From contig OZ024746.1 in NCBI GenBank assembly GCA_964016885.1, forward strand, positions 44,702,001 to 44,766,000: a stretch of 64,000 nucleotides of DNA, in the 5' to 3' direction. How positions within the stretch are numbered: position 1 is the first letter of the stretch; every line of letters starts with the position of its first letter. The notes under the pieces are model-generated. The model was given only the letters and a program-made list of their open reading frames with translations, made no database searches and was not told the DNA's origin. The DNA comes from Eledone cirrhosa. Lineage: Eukaryota. Below, piece after piece: positions 1-14,456 of this stretch. The translations under genes were made by a program, and so were the position numbers.

Positions 1-123
1 TTACTAATTTTTACTTATTCCTAATTAAACTATTTTTCACTGGGAACAATTTGTCAGCATTTTCTTTTCCTCTTACCAATATATCATAACTCGTGTGTTA
101 CACCTATATTCTTTGAAAAAAAA

Positions 124-157
<34 letters not shown>

Positions 158-186
158 TATTGAGTAAGTGTAAAAGACCAAAGTTT

Positions 187-418
187 ATTATTGAAAGTCT
201 CTGGATTTCGCAAAATACATAATATTTTTTATTGTAGGAGGTAAAAATGTGTTTGCACTGTTCTGTTTCCACTTGTAAAAGTTTGATTGCACTGTACTGT
301 TTCCATTTATGTATTTTGGGAAAATGTTATTTATTCATTATAAAAATTAAATGATAGCATTCTATATGTAGGGGGCCCTCTTCATCTGGTAACCAATAAT
401 CTTAGACCTCGTCAGCCA

Positions 419-421
<3 letters not shown>
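187..421 (+). mobile_element. End fragment of a hAT-like DNA element (copy 1)
   Basis: Homologous to 2067-2258. Ends in cagccactg followed by (TA)n. The end motif matches the TIR-bounded element at 40568-40742. Confidence 0.5.
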
Positions 422-492
<71 letters not shown>

Positions 493-539
493 GATTTAGG
501 TCTGTCCGGGTATCAACTGTTCATCCCTCTCATATATCC

Positions 540-592
<53 letters not shown>

Positions 593-766
593 TATAAACT
601 CTCGCTATTCCCTGTCAGTAATGTGCTCAAAGGAGAAGGAATCCCGAGCTCTTTATAATACAATATGTTGAAAAGGTGACAATCAAAGAGGGAAGGCGCG
701 CTATCTCTCTCTCTGACTGGACGGTCGTTTTAGATTCTCTTAGAGTTGTCTGAAATGTATAGCCTT

Positions 767-848
767 ACACACGCTGATGAACCATGGGCTATTCATTTCT
801 CTCAACAACTTATTGGAAACAGATCTCTTTGGATTTGTACTTGTGTGT
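767..848 (+). ncRNA. Type I hammerhead ribozyme motif in a probable solo PLE pLTR remnant
   Basis: acacacg-CTGATGA(774-780)-degenerate stem II-GAAAC-agatct/ggattt stem III-GTA-cttgtgt. Lies in a ~430-bp unique island between two (TA)n tracts. Confidence 0.65.
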
Positions 849-1022
849 TAGATAGTTATCGAGGCATGTATTTACACTTTAATTTATACTTTTAATTATC
901 GTGTGTTTACTCTGCCTTCCATGGGCTATAGATTCCATACAGTGGTGGTTTTTCCCTGTTTGATTGATGGCGCACTATCTCTCTCTCTCTCTAGTGTGTT
1001 ACCTTTTCAACATATTGTATTA

Positions 1023-1104
<82 letters not shown>

Positions 1105-1136
1105 CATATATATATATATATATATACATATATATA

Positions 1137-1515
1137 AACAGAAAAATGAAACAAAATTTCATTTCCCACTCTTAGTACGGCTGTTACTGAAATATAAGTA
1201 TGTACACGTACATACATATATGTATACAGACGTACAGTAGTATGTATATATATATACTTACATGCACACATATATATATGTACGTATGGATTCACCGAAC
1301 ATTTATTATAATGCTTGGTGTGTTTGTAAACAAACATCCCGTATTAAGCCATAACGTCCAGCAACCATCGTTGCTCGTTTGTTAAAGACTGACAAAGGAA
1401 CGCTGTACTAGTTTCAAGCTTATTAGCTATCGTCAGCAACGTATACCTTCCTGCCAGATTGTTGAACGTATATACTTATCTTATGTATATTAACGGGTGA
1501 GTAGCCCAACTTCCG
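1137..1515 (+). repeat. Interspersed repeat family A (copy 1)
   Basis: Homologous to 56592-56915 and 56960-57205, and in reverse to 62088-62177. Confidence 0.75.
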
Positions 1516-1616
1516 TTTAGAGAAACGAGGTGCAACAGAAATGAAACATGGATTACAGGTTAAAATACAGTCTAGATAGATGTGAAACAAAACGAGGATG
1601 TAGTTTATAGAACACC

Positions 1617-2035
1617 CAGAAGTCGCCCTTAAGTAGGAGCAATAACGTTAAGAAAGACATGAACGACACCACAAAACATTTTGTTTTGAAAATTTTGAGC
1701 GTAGGTTTATAAGTATGAATTTTCTTAAGAGTTTCGTAGTTGTCTCAGTGCCCTAACAGTAGGTAGTAGATATGGTGGAGACCCTGGCCTTGGGTTCAAT
1801 CCTGGTCAAGAGGTACATGTCACCTTCTCCAGTTTTTATTTTACATTCCATAGAAAAAAACTGAAAAGGTTTACCGGGAACCCCCCTCCCGACTAGGACC
1901 GAACTTTAGACCAGGATCACCACCATCTATGATTTCTCCAAATAGGCCACCGAGACTGCTCCGAAAGTATAATGAAAATTGATAATTATAAACTTACTTT
2001 CAGAATCAAAGTTAAAAAGATGGGTTTCATACAGC
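1617..2035 (+). mobile_element. Fold-back repeat family B with internal Pol III B-box-like motif
   Basis: Reverse-complement homolog at 40940-41341. Imperfect subterminal inverted repeats. GGGTTCAATCC at ~1792. Confidence 0.6.
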
Positions 2036-2066
2036 TATTAGTAATATTTAAGGTCGACTTCTGGTC

Positions 2067-2258
2067 ATTATTGAAAGTCTCTGGAGTTCGCGAAATACAT
2101 AATATTTTTTATTTATTTGATTGCACTGTTTTGTTTCCGCTTTGATATTTTTGAAAATATTATTTATTCATTATAAAAATTAAATGATAGCATTCTGTAT
2201 GTAGGCGGGCCCCGTTCATCTCCTGGCAACCAATATTTTTAGACCCAGTCCGCCACTG
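2067..2258 (+). mobile_element. End fragment of a hAT-like DNA element (copy 2)
   Basis: Direct homolog of 187-421, ending CCAGTCCGCCACTG-TATA. Confidence 0.55.
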
Positions 2259-3546
2259 TATACAAGCTACGTCCCCCTAATTAGAATTTTAAAATAAATA
2301 ATATAGATGTTAAATCATATGTTGAATATTTTTTTATAAATTTTATTGACGCGGATATTTTTTTATAACACTTGATTTTTCGCACTCTCATAGATATCAT
2401 CCCTCCAGCGCCCTCTATAATTTGCGTAAATTGGTGCTGGTTTGATATTTTGATGCTTGACAATTCTGCTATCGCGTTTCTTTATAATAATAAAAATGAT
2501 TGATATTTGTTACTGCGTTGTTTTCATACTTAAATAGCCAATGTACATATTTTGTTAATTTCTTGAAATAATTGAAACTGTTTAATGTTTAACTCCTATT
2601 ATATTGACTTTATAGAATTGCTGCTCAATTGAACGAAGTTTTGACTAGCGCTTGTGATTAGCTTTAATTACGTATTAGGAAAATATGCCATCACAAATTT
2701 ATATTGAAAACAAATATTGTTGAACTATCATTATAAAGATCAAAGTTGGTTTGAATGCTACGTATATCATAAACGATTTTAGATACACGCTTCCTATTAA
2801 ATTCATTCAGTTTTGTTAGATGGAAGTCATGCATCAAGTATAGTCTAAAATCATGCTAGCCTCCTATTTTTCGTAACGATATCGGGAGAGGAGAATAGAA
2901 CAAGAAATTACTAATTTTTTCGGTGCAATTAATTATTGATGTCACTTTCAACTTCTTGTAATGAGCGCATATAATACGGCAGCTTCATCGAACATCTTTT
3001 CTGTGATATGAAATCAATGAATGAAGTAAACAATTATATACTTTAAACAACCTTGGCAGAGGGAGAATTCTAAATTGATTTCCTTGTTCTCAGAAGCACA
3101 TTTATCTGTTTTACATTTAATTAATTCTCTAATCCGATTCCATATAATTCAGTTCTCCAAATACATTTGTCTTCAACCGTACACCCGTTAAAACTATTTC
3201 GGTGGTCTATTATCTTTCATTTTTTATTATACAGAAATCACTCGTTCTCAACAAAATTCATAAAGATATATAAATCTTTCTAGATAATAAGGTGTGTCAT
3301 CTTCTAAGAGTAAATTTTCATTCAGTTTCTCTGACTTTTAATGTCATGTTAATAAATTTTCCTTTCAGCAGCTTTGCACGCACGCAGCATTCTGTTGCCT
3401 CAATGATTAAGAATGGAATTTCTATTTTAGAATATTGGAATATAAATTTTGTTTGTCACCTAAACATTAGATATATTTTTGTTAAGAACACACACAACAT
3501 ACTTGCACATAGACACATTCACACACACGCATGTGTTAATCCCCCG

Positions 3547-3600
<54 letters not shown>

Positions 3601-5691
3601 TGTAATAAACAACATAAGATAATTGATTCATTTACCAGTGGTTTCTTGAAGACAGATATTTATCTCTGTCTTCAGTCGTTAGAATGAATTACCTGCACAG
3701 TGTTGGCATATTTCTATTGTTTTGAAAAATAATTTAAGAAATGAATGTAATCTTCTCATGAAAGAATTTGGTGAGACTATATAAAACAAATTAAATGTTT
3801 CCCGTCCATATAGAGTACTCATAAAGAAAAGATAGTGAATGACTACTTTTTGCTATTGGTTGGTCCTATATCAGCCTTGATAAAGAAAACCTGATGAAAT
3901 GCTTCGCAGAAACTCTTGTCCGCACTTGCATAAACGTTGAGAATTAAAAAGTACATTATACAATGTGTCCTAGCTTTAAGGTATGATATGAATACGATTC
4001 AGCTCCTAAGGTTAGCAAACCGATGAGCAAAGTAGATGTTCTATTATTGACTGGATTCTAGTCAATCCCACTTGTATGAACCAGCTAAAACTGGTATTGA
4101 AATGTCTGATAGCTGTAGAAGAGAGTTACATTTTCTATATGGAAGAATAATGTGAAGATTATTGGTGAATTCCGAATTCCAAATCCCTTTATGTTCTTAA
4201 GCCACAATTTCAATAGTGTTTTAAAGATAACGTCTGCAAAATGTTTTCGAATTATAAGTTACAATGATATTTGTTGCAGTAGTCTATAGAAATAATTTGC
4301 GCTTATACAGTAAGATGTTGCGGTGAGCAAACAACAATACGGATAGCAATCTATTTAGTTATATACAGGTTTTTAATTCTTCTATTGTTCACATTTAGTC
4401 TCATCTATTTTAACATATTGGATAATGAGTACTGAAATAATAGATAAACAATGGAATTCTAGCAATTTAACAATTTAATTGAAAAATAATATGAACAATA
4501 GTTTGTGGGTAATATGAAAAATGGCAGTCAAAATAAATATAAAGCAACAGTTAATGTACGGATAATTATAATGAATGTATGTTTATTTGTTGTAGTGAGA
4601 AAGAGAGAAAGTTAATCACAAAGTAAATGTGTGTTGAATTGGATAGTTAAAGTTAACAATATAAAGGTTATAAAAAGAATGTGGCATTGTGCCAGGCCCA
4701 AGGAAGGCCGACAGGGCAAAGTGCAAATCTCACCGTTACATATTGTTTGTGTTTGCGGAGCAAAAGAAGAAGTGGTGTTTACCTTAGCATGGTCAAGCTG
4801 CAAGAGAGAGATTTCTGAATCGACGCGGGAATTTTTCCCTCAGGGCGTGTCGAGATATATTCTCCTACGCTGGCGGCGATTGGCTGAACTTTGCCAAACA
4901 ACGCACGGAGAATGCATCTATGAGCCCTAGGAACATAGGTCATTACAGATTCAAGCAACCAGATGGAAATATGTTTAAACTTCGCTAATTTGTGTGAAAA
5001 ACGTAGATTTCTTATAACCTGATCATATTTTCTACATCATATGAATAAGAAAAACTAAAATTAAGAAGTCCTTTATTTTCATTAACTCTTTCCCTATCAT
5101 ATATTTGTGAGGCTTTCACGTTGAATTTCTGTCATATATAAATATGAATGTAAGTATTGCGCATCATCACGAAATGATGGATTATCGGAAGATCGAATCT
5201 CTTAAGCTTAAGGCGTATATTGATACGGATGGTGTTTCTGGAGTATTTCTGTGAGTAATAAATACTGTTTGATTTGTTATGCATGATGAAAGAGTTTCGC
5301 TTCATTAATGCAGACACACACACACACACACAGACATACACACACACATACGTATATATAAAATCTGATCCCTTTTTCTGGCTCTTGGAATGTACATTCC
5401 CGTTAAGTACCTACATTTTATAGTTAAGTCTGTGTTGTAGAAGCTTGTGGTAAGTTAACATACTTTCAATACATCTACATACACACACATATATGGCATA
5501 CATATGTGTATGTGTGTATGTGTGTATGTATGTATGCATATTTGTGTATGTATATATGTATGTATGCAGACAATACAACACTCTTTTTGAAGGCAGTTTC
5601 TAAGTCAAATTTTCATTTTTCACTTTTCAATTTTTCAGCTTGTTATTCCCTATTCCCTAGCATCTACGTAACCATTTTGTAATTCTGTCGA

Positions 5692-5769
5692 ATTTTGCTG
5701 ATGAGACAGTCCTGCCTTGCATTATAAATGGGTGATGGAGCTGGGCTATTGAAATATGTATAGTGATTT
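5692..5769 (+). ncRNA. Degenerate hammerhead ribozyme motif
   Basis: CTGATGA-G-acagtcc...gggctat-T-GAAA-TATGTATA. Stem I is poor. The stem III sequence matches 48732-48797. Confidence 0.45.
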
Positions 5770-8700
5770 CACGGAATTAAAATGTACAGCATATCTACGA
5801 ATTCGGCCTTCAGGTGTAAACACAAAATTCGGTTCGTCTCTTTTAAAACAAAAACGTTCATTTTCCTGTGAATGCTGGTATAAAACAATATATATTATTT
5901 CCACACACGACGATACATTCGACATATATGAACATTCATATTGTTCAATGCAGCTTGATTATCGTTACAATGTTTTACTCAATAGTTTGTATAATGCTGA
6001 AGAATTGTCGTGTCTTTGAATTGCATTCTAGATATAATTATAAGGTCCCAATATCAAATAGCTTCCAAGTATGCAGAAACGTGATATTGTTTCTAAATAT
6101 TTGCCTATAGTTAAGTGCACCAGACAGTTTTTATCCTCAAATATATTTTGGTTGATATGGAAATATTGAATGCAAACTTGATTAATGCATTCATAACTCC
6201 TCAGTGTCATTTTATACATGTAAAATATATTATGGTCATAGAAAGCTTGACAAATCTTAATCGAGAAATATGCCTGTTCATTACAAGTTATGACACGCTC
6301 GTTAAATTAGAAAAAAGGGTATATTTACTAACCGCTTGACATGCTGTTTCACTGGTAACCTATTATACGGAACATATATAGGTTATTCCACTAATTTAAA
6401 ACTATAATTATAAATATGAGTTCTTTGCTTGTAAAGTATTGAGTAGACTTTAAGATCTCGTGTATGCATGAAAACATTCGATTTCAGCTCTCCTTCCCAT
6501 CGTCCAACTGTAGTTATTATTCTATATAATAGTGAGTCTAGAAATATTGGGCTACAAATTCTCTGCAATAGATATCTATTTATTTTGACTTTTTCACTTG
6601 AAGAGGTGATTCTTGAAACGCCACATTTAATTTTTAGAAGGGAATTCCTCATTTTATAATCTAATTAATTGCATTTTCTCGTCATTCAAAATTAAGTATC
6701 TTCACACAAACAGAAAATCTTTAAGGTAAAATTTAGATCTAAATTTATTCTTCACTTCAGAATACCCCCACCAAAACGTCTATTGTTGCGAAAGTGTTTT
6801 AAATTGGTGGTGAGTGACAGAAACGAGAGTGTGACATTTTATTCATGTCACTTTCGTTCAGCATTTAAATATCTCTGAAGATTACGCTGTATTTATCCTC
6901 CTGCAATCTATAAAAGTACCGTTCAAACACAGATCTCAATTAAATTGTCTAGACCAGATGGTGGTGTTAAGTGTAGCTCTCAAGTAAGCCAGGGTAGGTT
7001 TCAACAAATGGCACAAAGAACTAGAACAAATACAGCAAGAATCTCGTCATACGCTATGAGTATTCTGCTAGGTCACTATACTTTAGTGTTACGTTTTTCA
7101 TTGACTTCTGGAAGAATGAAAGATAAAGTTGATGTCAGAGAGGCTTCATCACTGAGCATGATGAAAATGATGATGATGATGAGGAGAAGTAGCAAAAGGA
7201 TGAGGTGGAGGAGGAGGAGAATGATGGTAAAAGTTTAGTTCAACATATACATTATTTGTGACACTGGTTTACTGTTCAGTTGATTATCAGTGTCCACACA
7301 TATCATTTACCTGTCCCACTTCATTATATAAAACCACCACCACACGTAGAAAGGTATCGGAGTGCAGGTTAGAACATTTTAGTGGATATCTATTCGTGGA
7401 TAGTATATATTTTGAGAGAACTAATATAATTTCAATGTGATTCCAGAAAGTATTTTGAGAATACTTATGTAAATATACATAGGTGATTCTTGCATACGGA
7501 TAAATGATTCACACTTATACATGTATGGAGCAGAGTTCTGCAATATGTTAGTACAGGACTAGGAACATACTAAATGTTTTCATGTCTGTTAAACTATGCA
7601 AAGAAAATATTTGTGTTTGATGACTGCGTCAACGGACATTGTTAAAGGGCATATATGATGTGTGTATTTTGTACATTTAAGTTTAAACAAAGAATGTAAA
7701 TAATTATACACACATGAAACTACAAGCATAAACACATATACTATCGCACATATACAGAAAAGATATTCACGTTATATGAGAAAGAATCATAATAATATTA
7801 GATATTAAAGGTTTATATAGAACATGATGAATGAAACTATGTTTTCATACTGGTTTACTTTGTTACAAACCGATACAATATGAGTAGTGCATTATATTCG
7901 TATATCGCCTTACGTGATTATTAAATAAATTCTTCATAGTTGTAAATACAGAGATATTGTTCAATTCATCCAAAATGAGAGTAATGTTAGGAAATGTTAA
8001 TAGATTATTCCTTATCCCTTGGAAAATATTCTTAAATGATATTATTTATTGAAGGTCATATTTGCAATTGTTTCATCCAGATGAAATTTACAATGCTAGA
8101 GGAAACTATTTTACTTTAAATATCTTCTCGATCACAATACCTTCAGGAATAAATTTGGCATAGACGATTTATGAAAGTGTTATTCTTTTCAGGTATATCA
8201 TTTGCATTTCATTCTATAAGGAACAAAAACCAGGGGGTTTTCATGCAAGTAAATATTCAAAATTTGATTTGGGAATTTAGCTAACAGATATAAATTAAAT
8301 TAAAGATATGCTTATATGAAACTTATAGATTAATTACTAAGGCATAATATATAAATCGGCCCAGTCATTGATATATATACGTATAAAATACCTTATGATA
8401 AATTGATGCTAATTAAAATTTAATTTCTTCCTATACGTGTAAGGTTATGACTTAGATATTCCCCAGTGAAACTAAAGCACTTTACTAATATAATATATGG
8501 CTTGTTTACACTTCAATGTAATTTATTGTGGCCTTTTGGTGTATGCATTTCCATGTAGATATTTAATGTTCGTCAGAGTTTCTTTATTTGCTGTGTATAG
8601 CTGATTGTATAGTTATCTATGTTACTGCGAAGATGGGCAATGTACCAAATGCTTCATAAAAATTTACATTTATTGATTGAAAGCATTAGTGGGCTTGGCA

Positions 8701-8819
8701 AAGGTTTTTCTGGTAAACTGTAAAAATAATGATTGTATAAATCAGATTGGCTATCCGGCAATTGTATGTTCAACCTCATGTTGTATATTCGAGCAGTGTT
8801 ACGATTAACATGTGTCCCA

Positions 8820-8898
<79 letters not shown>

Positions 8899-8911
8899 AT
8901 GTGTGTGTGTA

Positions 8912-8992
<81 letters not shown>

Positions 8993-9071
8993 CAAACACA
9001 TTTACAAAGACTTTGAATGAATCATCTGTAAAACATATGTAAAATTCGATATGTAACATAAACATTATTAT

Positions 9072-9257
9072 GGTGGATTGGCAGTATCGGTAGAGAGTCG
9101 GACGCCATGCTTTGACGTATAGAGTTACGGCCCTTGCCATTCTAAGTTCAAATCCCGCCGAGGTTAACTTTGCCTTTCATCCTTACAGGGTCGATAAAAT
9201 AAAGTACCAGTAATGCACTGGTTAATTGCTGGCCTTGTGCCAAACGTAGAAACAATT
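9072..9257 (+). mobile_element. tRNA-derived SINE with MetaSINE-like core
   Basis: A/B-box-like head (GTTCAAATCC), core GCCTTTCATCCTTAC-GGGTCGATAAAATAAAGTACCAG and tail GCTGGCCTTGTGCC..AGAAAC. More than 10 copies in the window. Confidence 0.9.
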
Positions 9258-9304
9258 ATTATACATAATACATATATACATATACATATACATATATGTA
9301 TATG

Positions 9305-9382
<78 letters not shown>

Positions 9383-10599
9383 TATATACACTCATATATA
9401 TGGGTTTGTATTCTTAAGATTAGGTGAAATGAATTATGAAAATAATGCATACGAATCGAGGTATAAAGAGACATGTTTATCCTGAAAACTTCGTAAGAAA
9501 GATTAATATGGAATTCAGCATATAGATTATCTTGCCAAAATCTTCTTGATATAACATAAAACATGGTTAAGAAAACATTGCTGTCTTTACTGTTAAAAAT
9601 CAACGTATCTACATTGCTAATTCTTTCCATTTATTGCCGAATATAAGCTTACTTTCATTTTTTTCTCTCTCTGTGTATACCCGTACTCATTTGTCAATTC
9701 CCTTGATATTCCGCTTTCCTATCAGGCATAAAAAGGTACCACTACTTAGATATATACATATTCATACAAATTTAATCCACCTGTATATTCTCCACTCTCA
9801 TATTTTATAACAATACATATAAATTACTTTTAGTGACCGAATTAAATCAATGTCAATATATGGTGAGTTGATTTTAATTGATATAGAATAAGGAGGTTAT
9901 GTATTAAAAACATACATTAAGGATCATATAATTTTTGTGTTAAATGACGTCTACTTTCAATATGTATGCTCTGAAATAAAGTTATGAAGAACACTAGTAA
10001 AATTATGGATAAAGAAATATTTCTTATCCATGAATTTTAAAGGCAAATTCATTTAACAAATTAAATACATTCTGTAAAATCCAAATAGCCCCTATTTGAT
10101 AAGCGGAAAACATCATATAATTTATAACTTCCCACATGCATGAATAATATACAGGATAAAATTAATCATAAGCGTTAAAAATGTGTGCAATAGAACTGTA
10201 TCAGGCTTTAGTAAAAATCACAATATAAAATAAATTTGTGCAAGATCATTAACAATCTGTTACTGAAAACCTTCTATTTGAACGAATTTCAACGATCTCC
10301 TTTTTCAGCTTACATGGTAAAGTCTATGCTAAGTGTCTGGCAAAGATATGTAGGAATATTGTCGGGTCATGATAGCTGGCGTACAATGAATTGTTTATAC
10401 CAGTCGCAGTTAAGCCGACCAAATAGTCAAACTGCAGAAGGCATTCGAGAGGTCGTGAGAGTCTTGCCACCTTCCACCATATCTGCTGTGGAATTCTCTG
10501 CAGGCGTTGAAGTGTCACGGGGTCGTTTTTAGGATTGAGGGAAGGCAGGAGGCTGAATTAAGTGACAGAATTGCTGGAGTTACACTAATGCACCGACCA

Positions 10600-11115
10600 C
10601 AGGAATCGGTTATCAGAAGAACGTGTAAAGGCTGAACTCGCTATCTTCAATTCGGGCCTACAATTTTCTATGGTCATGAATATTGAGTAACGACCGATAG
10701 AATGCAACCGCGAATACACGTGGCCGAAATGCGATTCCTCCGAAGGGTCTTAAGAGTAACGTTATTCTATAGAGTGCGTTGCACGGAGGTCAGACAGTTG
10801 CTACACTTATATCCACCACTTTTCCGAATTGAGAGATTACAGCTCCGATTTTACGAACATGTGGTTAGAATGTTTAAGGAAGGAATCGCTAGACAGATTT
10901 TATGGGCAGCACCATCCAGTATGAGACTCAAGAGTAGACGTCGAGCAAAATGTTTGAAAAACACCTATGAGCTCGGCTGGTCTCGCTTGGGGATCTAGCC
11001 GGATAAATTGAAGACAGTTTCCTCTGACAGGAGCTACTGGAATGCGTGCTTGAGGACTCTGTCCTTACGCCAGTCCCATGAATAAGTGAGCAAAGAAGAA
11101 GTAGAGGAGAAGAAT
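10600..11115 (+). mobile_element. 3' remnant of an RTE-clade LINE
   Basis: Translation AEMRFLRRVLRVTL..RVR..IERLQLRFYEHVVRM..ARQILWA.P resembles RTE ORF C-termini. GAA-rich tail. Confidence 0.75.
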
Positions 11116-11156
11116 ATCTATGGAATTAACAATAAAACAAATGAAACTCTTGAAAT

Positions 11157-11458
11157 AGTTTATTTCAAAATAATTGTTTCTACTTTTTGGCACAAGGCAG
11201 GCAATTACTATATACATTACTGGTACTTTATTTTATCGACCCCATAAGGATGAAAGGCAAAGTTTATTTCAAAATAATTGTTTCTACTATTGGCACAAGG
11301 CCAGTAATTACCCAGTACATTACTGGGTAAGGATGAAAGGCAAAGTTAACCTCGGCGAGATTTGAACTCAGAATGGAAAGGGCCGTAACTCTATGCGTCA
11401 AAGCATGGCGTCCGACCCTCTACCGATACTACCAATCCACAGTTTATTTCAAAATAAT
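11157..11458 (-). mobile_element. Tandem pair of SINEs with triplicated 18-bp target sequence
   Basis: AGTTTATTTCAAAATAAT at 11157, 11261 and 11441 brackets one 5'-truncated and one internally deleted SINE. Confidence 0.85.
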
Positions 11459-12519
11459 AGTAGTCAATCAGAACCATGCTGTTTCTACACCTCCGCTCAG
11501 TAAGCGACACAATGACAACAAAGGTAACTGCAAAAAGTGATGAGAGCAACGGCAATAATTGATGTGTCAGTGACCTTAATTCAAAATGATCTGATTAGGC
11601 AAGAAAACATAAGGGCAGGGGTTCTGACAGCAGGAACTAGGACAACAATAACACTGTAGGGAGAAGGATATTTTACAAAATATATTATGTTGTTAATTCT
11701 TACCGTAATTGCTTTTGATGCTGTTGTACCTCTTACTGAACGGATATGTAGAAAATAGATGGGTCTATCTAAATAAAACTACTTTAAATGTCAATGTTTG
11801 TTTATTATTAATTTATAAAAAGTGGTTGTGTTTTCCGTCATTCACACGGAAAACTACATATCTGTTGCAGTTTCCAAACAATCGGAAGGTGTTTGCCTGT
11901 TATCAATACTTTCTTCGGAATTTAGTGATTTTAATTTGTTGTTACATTTCAGTTATTATAACACTTTTGAGTGGTGCGATGCTACACTGAAAAAACTAAG
12001 ATATCAATTTAATGTTACCTCGTCTCTCTCTATTTTGTCTCAGAGAAACCCAGCTATGGTAGTTGTACGTTTGTCCCAGGCTAGCTTTAAATAAATAGAC
12101 GAATGATCAAAGTTGTTCAAACTACGAACTTCTTGTCGGTTTGTATACCAGGGTCAGATTGTCATATTTATCCTTCTTTACTCTACAAAATAGGGTGGGA
12201 ATTTGAGGGAGATTTGACTGATCTGTCCAACGACTACGCAGTGACTGCTTTTGTACGTTGCCGAGAAAAATAAATTTATTTTATTAGGCTGATGCACTTG
12301 GACATTATACATATGAGTTTGTGATTTATAGTGAAAACGTGTTCATATGTATATGGTGTATGTATGGATGTATATGTACGCGTTTTTATGTTTTGATATA
12401 AATATGTATTTCTAAATGCTTATAAATATGTGCACGAACGGGTGTATTTCCGTATATTTATACAGAGAGATTATGTATGAAAATCATCCACAGCTGTACC
12501 CAGCTCACCCATATTCTGC

Positions 12520-12792
12520 AACGATCATCATCCCCATCACCATTACTTCCCCTAGTTATCATAATTACCATCAACAGTATCATCAACATCACCGCCACTG
12601 CCGAGACCACCACCACCACCACCACCACCGCCATCTTCTGTATTATTACCAACACCGCCGCCGCCGCGGCCACTACCATCATCACCACCGCTAGCACCGC
12701 AAACGCCTCCGCCGCTGCCGCCACTGACATCCCCACCATCAACGCTACTACCTCACCACCACCACCACCACCACCATCGCCACAACCACCAG
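12520..12792. repeat. Compound CAT/CAC/CCG trinucleotide low-complexity tract
   Basis: Direct reading; gives poly-H/T/A/P translations. Confidence 0.85.
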
Positions 12793-14456
12793 CTCTATCT
12801 CTAACGTCTTTTTGTGTACGTATATGTCTAAATCTTCATAAACAAGGAACGTTAGGGGATATTAAAAGAAGATAAACAGCAACATACAAGCAGTAGAGCA
12901 TCAGTCATTTCGATTGAATGTCTTAGAGCATTAATTGTCACTAATTCATTTCTATAAAGGAAATATATCAATTGTGAAAACAATTAATATATTTTCATAC
13001 ACGAAGGTAATAAATTGAAATTTTAAAATTGAAAATTCATTAGCGCTCAAACGAAATGAAGAGTGGGAAATACAAAAGACTATATTATGAGAACAAAATT
13101 GAATACCAAAAATGTAGTTTTCTATTAATGAAATATATTGACAATCTCGATTATAGTATCATATTATTCTTAAATTTATTGATCCCCCCCCCCCTCCGCA
13201 ATAATACGCTATTGCATTCTAAATACAAGCGTATGATTCATTGCTTATTATTTCCGTAGACGGTTTATTGCAAATATTTTGTTTACCATGCAAAGATAAA
13301 ACTATTTAAGAGAAATCTTTCTCTTCCAAAACACATCTTCTGTATTATTATCAAGAATCATTTTCATAGATATACTCATGTGTATTGAAAGATAATAATA
13401 CATTTAATGAGTGTTATTTTCGATTAATTAAAAACAATATTCTTTTAAAATCTTGCTCATTTAATTTTATCTTTCTTTTAAATAGAAATGTAAATGCGTA
13501 CATATTGAGTCATTTTCAATAATCACATACATCAAACTGTGACTTTGATTTAGCGTTTTTGGTCAAGCTTCTACTTTTAAAATCCAATAAATCATTTAAA
13601 ATTAAATCTCTATACTGACATCCAGTTTATACTGTGATATAATTAATAAAGGTATTCGTTACTCTGCATTGTTGAGTATGTTATATGAAATGCTTTTATC
13701 AAACATAGAAGTACTTTGGTTTGATATAAACTACAATATCTACAAGTGAAATAAGAACCCATTTTATTTGGCTCTATGAGTGTATATTTAAAACGTCTTT
13801 GTATAGAGACACACACGTATTTATATAGCATTGCTTTCGAACTCAATACCCATATTTACCGTTCATTTTACTCGGAGTGAGATATAATTAAAAAAGCAGC
13901 ATATAAAATATAGATAATGCTTCATAGTTCATATATCTGTGAGTAAGTTTGTATATTCGTACTTGATAACCATTTTCAATTACCTGCAACTAGTGCATCA
14001 TGAATCTTTTAAATTCAGTATACAGTAGTATATATTGATATGCTTAACACTTTATGTAGTATTGCTGTCATTTGGCATAAAGAAAAATTCTTGGAGAATA
14101 GACACAGAACTTTCATTAGATTATATTGACTTAAGTTTAATATCTGCATTTGTCGTTGAAATTTGTCGCCAGTTTGCATGTAAAACCACATCATAAATTA
14201 TATAGAAAATGCTTCAGTTACATAAACATGTAATACTACAGAGAACCCGTGAGATATATTCCGTAATAAGATTATATTTTTAAAACAGTGGTATTTTGCA
14301 GATGTAATGCTGTAAACAATAAATTTGGAAGACGATGTTAATTTCCATAAATAACCTTACAAAATATATCACTGAACAAACTACAGATACTCGAAAATGT
14401 TACAAAATATCACAATTCAGATTGTTTAAAATGTAACATTTTAGAATTATTTAACA

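Noticed and set aside
9072-9165. SINE heads as tRNA genes
   Set aside because: No intact cloverleaf, and they are always followed by the SINE core and tail.
11157-11458. Triplicated short direct repeats as a CRISPR-like array
   Set aside because: The spacers are SINE copies, the context is eukaryotic, and the repeats are target-site duplications.
12416-12875. His-, Thr- and Pro-rich ORFs resembling a transcription factor or mucin
   Set aside because: Trinucleotide low-complexity sequence open in several frames, with no domain or splice support.
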